Origin: Flectonema sp. DT1601
Lineage: Eukaryota
Assembly: GCA_964019425.1 (NCBI GenBank)
Contig: OZ025793.1
Location: 1,240,001 to 1,304,000 of the forward strand
DNA: 64,000 nt
Reading direction: 5' to 3'
This document shows positions 58,819 through 64,000 of this stretch, piece after piece; positions within the stretch are counted from its first letter, which is position 1; each line of letters begins with the position of its first letter. The translations under genes and the position numbers were made by a program. The notes beneath the pieces are model-generated. The model made no database searches. It was not told the origin of the DNA and worked only from the letters and a program-made list of their open reading frames with translations.

Positions 58819-60932
58819 CAGTCATTCTTTTTTTTTGCGACCAAATTCTAGACAATGAAAAAAAATTTCAAAAAGAAATGGTAAAAATTTCGATCGAAGC
58901 GGCATTTTAATGCTCTGCATCGTTCGGTTCATTTCCGTCCGAAATCTGGAGGTTGGCATCACACCCGAATTGAGAAAGAAATTTTGTGGTTTTCTAGATC
59001 AGCTCAGCCGTGGACAAGTACCAAAACTAAAAATTAATCGAAGGGTCTAATTTTACACTGTGGCCAAGCGGGATCCAGAGAAAAAATAATCGAGCAAAAA
59101 TGTATTAAAGAGTACTAAGCATGTGCCGGTGAAGCAGATTGTTACTACTAGTCTTTTTGGACCTACTTTGATACTTAATGAAAACCGTTGTACAACACTT
59201 TCTTAAGATGAAGTCACAACTTATGATGAATTATGAGCTATCTGAGCCACATGAAGTGATATCATCATCATCATCATAGCTAGTGCTGATGGAAGAACTC
59301 TCATACTCGGAAAGTGCTGTCTGACTCCTCAGTAGTGCTATCTGACCCCTCGGAGGTACTACTTGGCGGGTGAGATTTGACTATTTTATCCAACAGATCC
59401 CTGTATTTGCTCACAAAGATCGTAGTCACCTCTGATGCAGAGGGTGCAAAAGCATGAAACGGCGTGATATCCCATTGTAAAGTCTTGTACTTCATTTTGA
59501 TAACCCCTCACTAGCAGCGGAAGAAGAAGTTACTACGGATACCGGTCAAGATTATCTCCCCGTGTCAAGGGGATATGTCGGTAATGTCAGGTAGTAAATT
59601 AAATACTTGGGTTTGGAGGAATCAGCGATAGCCATCTCTAGTGCGGGCAACTTCAAAAAGAGATTTCGCATCACTTATTTCACCTGTCAAGTTGTAGCGA
59701 TGTGCAGAGCGCTCAATGTCAAGAGCAACCTCTTCAATTGGTAGCCCTCAGAATCTCATGGTCCCTTACCATGTCCTGTAGGAAAGCAGTCCCATGTTAC
59801 ATCTATATCTATTGCTGCCATCCAGTCAAGCATGTATTTAACTTTGAAGCGATTACCTCCATCGCTAAATGTGAAAGTGAGCAAAATCATCCTGCAGCGT
59901 ATCCAGCAAGTGTGACAGAGCCTTGCAGACAGCTGGAAAAGTCTGACTGAGATTGTTTGATATATAATAGTGAGTAGTGTATTGAATTATCCGTGTGATG
60001 AAAAGTCTGAGTGATTGCAGGTTTGCTGCTTAAGCCTTTTTATTACTGGTGTTGATGGAGGGTCCCTCTTGCACTTTGCGGCATTTCGCAAGTGCGAATA
60101 ACACGTAGTGCAAATACAGTTTTCAGGGAACCTGAAGCTTCCTGTAGCATGCGAGATGCCACCTGCAGTGGCAACGGGTTAAGCTTGGTATCCTACATAT
60201 ATTCCGTGGTCTCAATGAAATGAAATATGAGTAGGATACCTCACTGCGATATTTGCAGTACTCGCTCCAAGCATGTTGATACGGGTGTCTGCACCACCTC
60301 CTAAAGACTTTAATTCTTTCCCCGTCTCTTATTATCCAGCGTTCTTTGCGTGACTCGTCTGGTTCTGATGCCTCGGACATCCACCATTCGGTGATATCCT
60401 GAGTGGGGCTCCGGTTTCCTGATTTACACGAGGGCGTAGTTGGTGATGGTGACACGTGACTCAGAAGTAACATTCTCAGCACGTCGAACCAATGTTTTGA
60501 CAACTACTTCAGGGAAGCTTCCAACAAGTGGGCCATTATCACCACCACAGACGCAACATTTTCCTGCATAATTGCTACTAGGGTTGATTAGTTAGTAAAA
60601 AAGTGCATATTTCTTGAGTGCGGGAGGGGGGGAAAAAATAGTAAAAAAAAAAATTAGGGGTGTTTTTTACTCAGATTTTCTCGATCTTTCCATTCCAGGT
60701 CTGGGATTAATATTTATCATATAGTAGTACCAAGGAAATCTTGCAAAGAGACGTTTATCTCTTTTTAGCAGCACTTATCATGTTTAAAAGTATATCCCTA
60801 TGTCTAATTTTACAGATCGCACCCTCCCCGATTCCAAAAAATAAAAAAATCGAGCAAAAGTAACATATCGTGTAACCTTGCTCAGGCGGTGGGAAAATGG
60901 TGTTTTTTGGTCGCAAAAAAAAAGAATGACTG
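58819..60932 (-). mobile_element. decayed DNA transposon with perfect 27-bp TIRs and ATAT flanks (Sola-like, tentative)
   Basis: CAGTCATTC-T9-GCGACCAAA at 58819-58845 and its reverse complement at 60906-60932; broken minus-strand coding remnant YF.SLRP...CHCRWH. Confidence 0.8.
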
Positions 60933-61371
60933 ATATTTCCCTTTTGTTTCCTGTTTTTGTAAACGTAACTTTTCTTTGATGAGCAGCTACAAATATTTTT
61001 TTCAGTTACTGTTTTTATGTTGTCAAAGTTTCCTATACCTAACTTTAGTCAACTGATTATAAATTACTAATGTTAATTTACTCTGCATTAGAAATCTTCT
61101 CAAACTGTTATTCACGCGCGTGAAATGCGACTACGCGGAATGCTGGAGAGATCGCGTCGTGGAAGGTTGAAGGAGAAGAGAAAAACAGAAACTCTTTTTT
61201 CTATAACAGTTCAACGTTATTATCAAAAACCTTTTTCCATTTATAAAAGAGATCTAATATTCTCCATTTATTTATCTTGCTTTTTCATATCGGGTGAATC
61301 CTTAGAGATGGATATTCGCAATGTTCATTTGGTTCCTGTTAAACTTTAATTCCAGTTATGTATTTTAACAT

Positions 61372-62373
61372 ATGGCGATACTGACATTGTTAGTGGCTGT
61401 TTGTGGGACTGTAATCATTCCTTTAGGAGATTCAATAACTCAGGGGATTTCACCTTACAATTCTTATCGCAAGTACTTGTGGGAAATGTTGCAGGACAAC
61501 AGTAAGGAAGCCAGGTTTGGGGGCAGTAAGTGGGGTGCCTGCGCGCTGGGGAAGCCGTGGAAGCAAGAAGTTACACCTGATTTCGATCAGAACCATGAAG
61601 GTCACTGTTCTATTGATACGAGTAGTTTACTGCGGCACGTGAAACGTACACCCAAGGAAGAGATGGTTAAAATTAATTCTACATTCGGTCATGAAACTGT
61701 AACCATCAATGACGTAGGTATTATATTACTGCACACTGGTAGTAACGACATTTTCGATGTTGTCAGGAAGAAGAAAAAGTTGCAGTCACTGAATCGTGTG
61801 GTGGATCAAATTAACTTGCTGGTTGACCACTTGCTGTCAACTTTCCCGAATTCAACAATCTTCGTGGCGCAGATACTCAAAACAACTTACCCTGATCAGA
61901 CTGAGTATTTAAATAATCGAATTAAGACTCATGTGAATGAAACTAGTAGAGTGCGTCAGGTGACTTTCCCTGACTTCACCACTGAGAGGCACACGTTTGA
62001 CACTACGCATCCCAATAATCTCGGAGCTCGTTATATTGCTGAACGCTGGTACGACGTTATTTACCCTTTAGTTCCAACACGAGTCTCGCAGGGCAGCACA
62101 CCGATGAAATCAAGTCAAAAACAAACTGTTGTGACTCCATCCGAGCAGAATGGTCGTGTCAACGTTGTGCCCGATACAGTGGCATTTGCGGATATCAATG
62201 TCTCGTTCTCTTTTGTAATTCCGTTGGCCATATATATTCTTCAACTTCTTGGTTGTATAAAAAAGGGATGGGTTTTAACTATGGCTTACGGATTTATCTT
62301 GTCGCTGTTATATATTACGTGGGGATTAAGCAACACCGCATCGTCTCAAGTGAAGCTGCAGCAAGCTGGTTAA
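61372..62373 (+). CDS. secreted or membrane-anchored SGNH/GDSL hydrolase
   Basis: Signal peptide, PLGDSITQG, HEGH, HTGSND, DTTHPN, two C-terminal TM segments. Confidence 0.88.
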   Translation: MAILTLLVAVCGTVIIPLGDSITQGISPYNSYRKYLWEMLQDNSKEARFGGSKWGACALGKPWKQEVTPDFDQNHEGHCSIDTSSLLRHVKRTPKEEMVKINSTFGHETVTINDVGIILLHTGSNDIFDVVRKKKKLQSLNRVVDQINLLVDHLLSTFPNSTIFVAQILKTTYPDQTEYLNNRIKTHVNETSRVRQVTFPDFTTERHTFDTTHPNNLGARYIAERWYDVIYPLVPTRVSQGSTPMKSSQKQTVVTPSEQNGRVNVVPDTVAFADINVSFSFVIPLAIYILQLLGCIKKGWVLTMAYGFILSLLYITWGLSNTASSQVKLQQAG

Positions 62374-63299
62374 CAAAGCAACGCAGGTTTCTTATGGTTA
62401 ACAGTGCTGCAGCTTCTGTAATTTATTGACTCATGGGTTTGTGGTGCACTCAAAAAAAAAAAAAACTATGAAGGAAGTTGATAAGACAGAATGAAGTGTA
62501 GAAACATAACTAAGCCCCGCTGAGCTGAGTAATTCCGTGTTCATAACGGGTTTCCCTCTGATTTGAGTGGGAGATGAAAGGGGAATCAGTTTCTGGTTAT
62601 TATGGAACTGATTTGAACCTTAATAATATGCTACACTAGAACCGGTTAGTTAATTCCTTATTTCATAACCGCCTCTACTGCGTACATACACTGTTGAAAT
62701 AATTTCTGTTTCCATTGAAGTTGCATCCATAAAAATTACTGTTATTGATAAACAGAGGACCAAGCCTTGGATACAGATGGCAGATTAGTATTGGAGCTTC
62801 CCGTCTGGAGGTCTTCAGCGTAGTGAGAAGCTGATCCATCCGAAACAACGGGAAGACCTTGTCCCTCCAAGAGTATGTTGTACATTATTCGGTAGGCTGC
62901 CTTCGCATCACTTGTTTCTCCGGTTATCTAACATGATGATCACAGAAGGCTCAGAAAAAAGAGAACGCGCTACGCACCCAAACGGGGACAAGCCTGAAAA
63001 CAGCTGTAGTGGAAACTGGCTGGTCCAGTTTTCTGCCGAATGTCGTCTTTCCCGACATTTCATCAACTTATTGTCATCAATTTTTAGTTTTTCTGCGGTA
63101 GAAACTCTTCTTCCGTCTTGCTCCTTGAAATGTCTTAGCCAACACTAATAATCTAATCATTGGCGCGAATATCCAGTACTCCCAGTATACGCCAAATTCT
63201 AGATTTGCTTCAGTCAAACGATTCTATAACGTGAAGGTGAAAAAAACGATTTTTCTTTTTCTTAGCTTAAACACCGTGCCACCAGATTTAACTCAGAAT

Positions 63300-64000
63300 T
63301 GTGTTCTTTTTTGGTTTTTTGCTAGTAGACTCAGAAATGAGTCTGTGTCCTTGGGCCTGATGTCCGTCTTTCCTGCGACAAGAGTGATCAACGTCTGATA
63401 CCCTTTGATTGTACGAATGTGATGAACGCAAAGAAGTTCGAGATCCCGAAACCGACAAGCAAGCATCCACTGACACGCTAATGCAACGTTTGATCCATTT
63501 TAATAATAAACAATCCGATCATATTATACCTCGCCAACGGCAACTGGTCAATAGAGAAGACGGAGTTTCTAGCCATTGGCACACGGTTTAACCCTGGCAG
63601 GGGGCTCTGTAGATTCCCTAGACTGTATCTTCCATCAATTATAAATCTGGAGTCCATTTCAATCCCAATGGACCTTTTAGATGATTTAGACATAGGACCT
63701 GGAGCACAACTGAATCGCGATGGAAGAACACTGTGAACGGAAAGAAGATGTCAACTCGTTCAGAATTTCGAAGCAGAGTGAGTAAGAAGGCTCTCACGAT
63801 GACTACAGCCAAGCCTCTCAGGCGCGTGGGACAAGCGAGATCTGGGTGTGTTGTCGACGACCGTCTCTCCTTTATTCTACAATTGAACAAAATGGAAAGC
63901 AACTGAAGCGTGGAATTGGTCTTCTAAAGATGATCTCATCCTTCAGGATCAAGACGGAAACTCTGAGACAACTGGTGAATGGTTTGGTCATCCAATTCAC
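63300..64000 (+). pseudogene. decayed RT fragment related to family A (left boundary uncertain; runs off the window)
   Basis: Across frameshifts it reads LGV.VDDRLSF...QLKRGIGLLKMI, compared with YLGVHIDDRLTF...ELKRGISLLQCL in family A. Confidence 0.55.

Overview
Eukaryotic DNA, most likely from a euglenozoan such as a diplonemid. This is inferred from co-oriented + strand host genes, pyrimidine-tract AG acceptors in front of ORFs, short GT-AG introns, and exact matches to the 3' end of the euglenozoan spliced leader (SL). Bases 1-32.7 kb hold about 16 host genes, including a BRCT-PP2C, ATG3, a SAM protein, a histidine phosphatase, a repeat-rich SPRY protein, a cathepsin L-like protease and a RING-LON protein. 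A tRNA-Ile gene (32.8 kb) is followed by a ~21 kb nest of two APE-RT-RNase H non-LTR retrotransposon families (A on -, B on +) and a tRNA-derived SINE. After that come an SL-tagged 1177-aa ORF, a DNA transposon with 27-bp TIRs, an SGNH hydrolase gene and a decayed LINE. Main discovery: both LINE families appear to express ORF2 by double recoding, an in-frame leaky UGA-C(UAG) stop followed 25-36 codons later by a 2A StopGo motif. The full-length family A copy begins with a retrotranscribed SL and carries a PDZ-like insert in its RT. All domain calls are by eye, without database searches.
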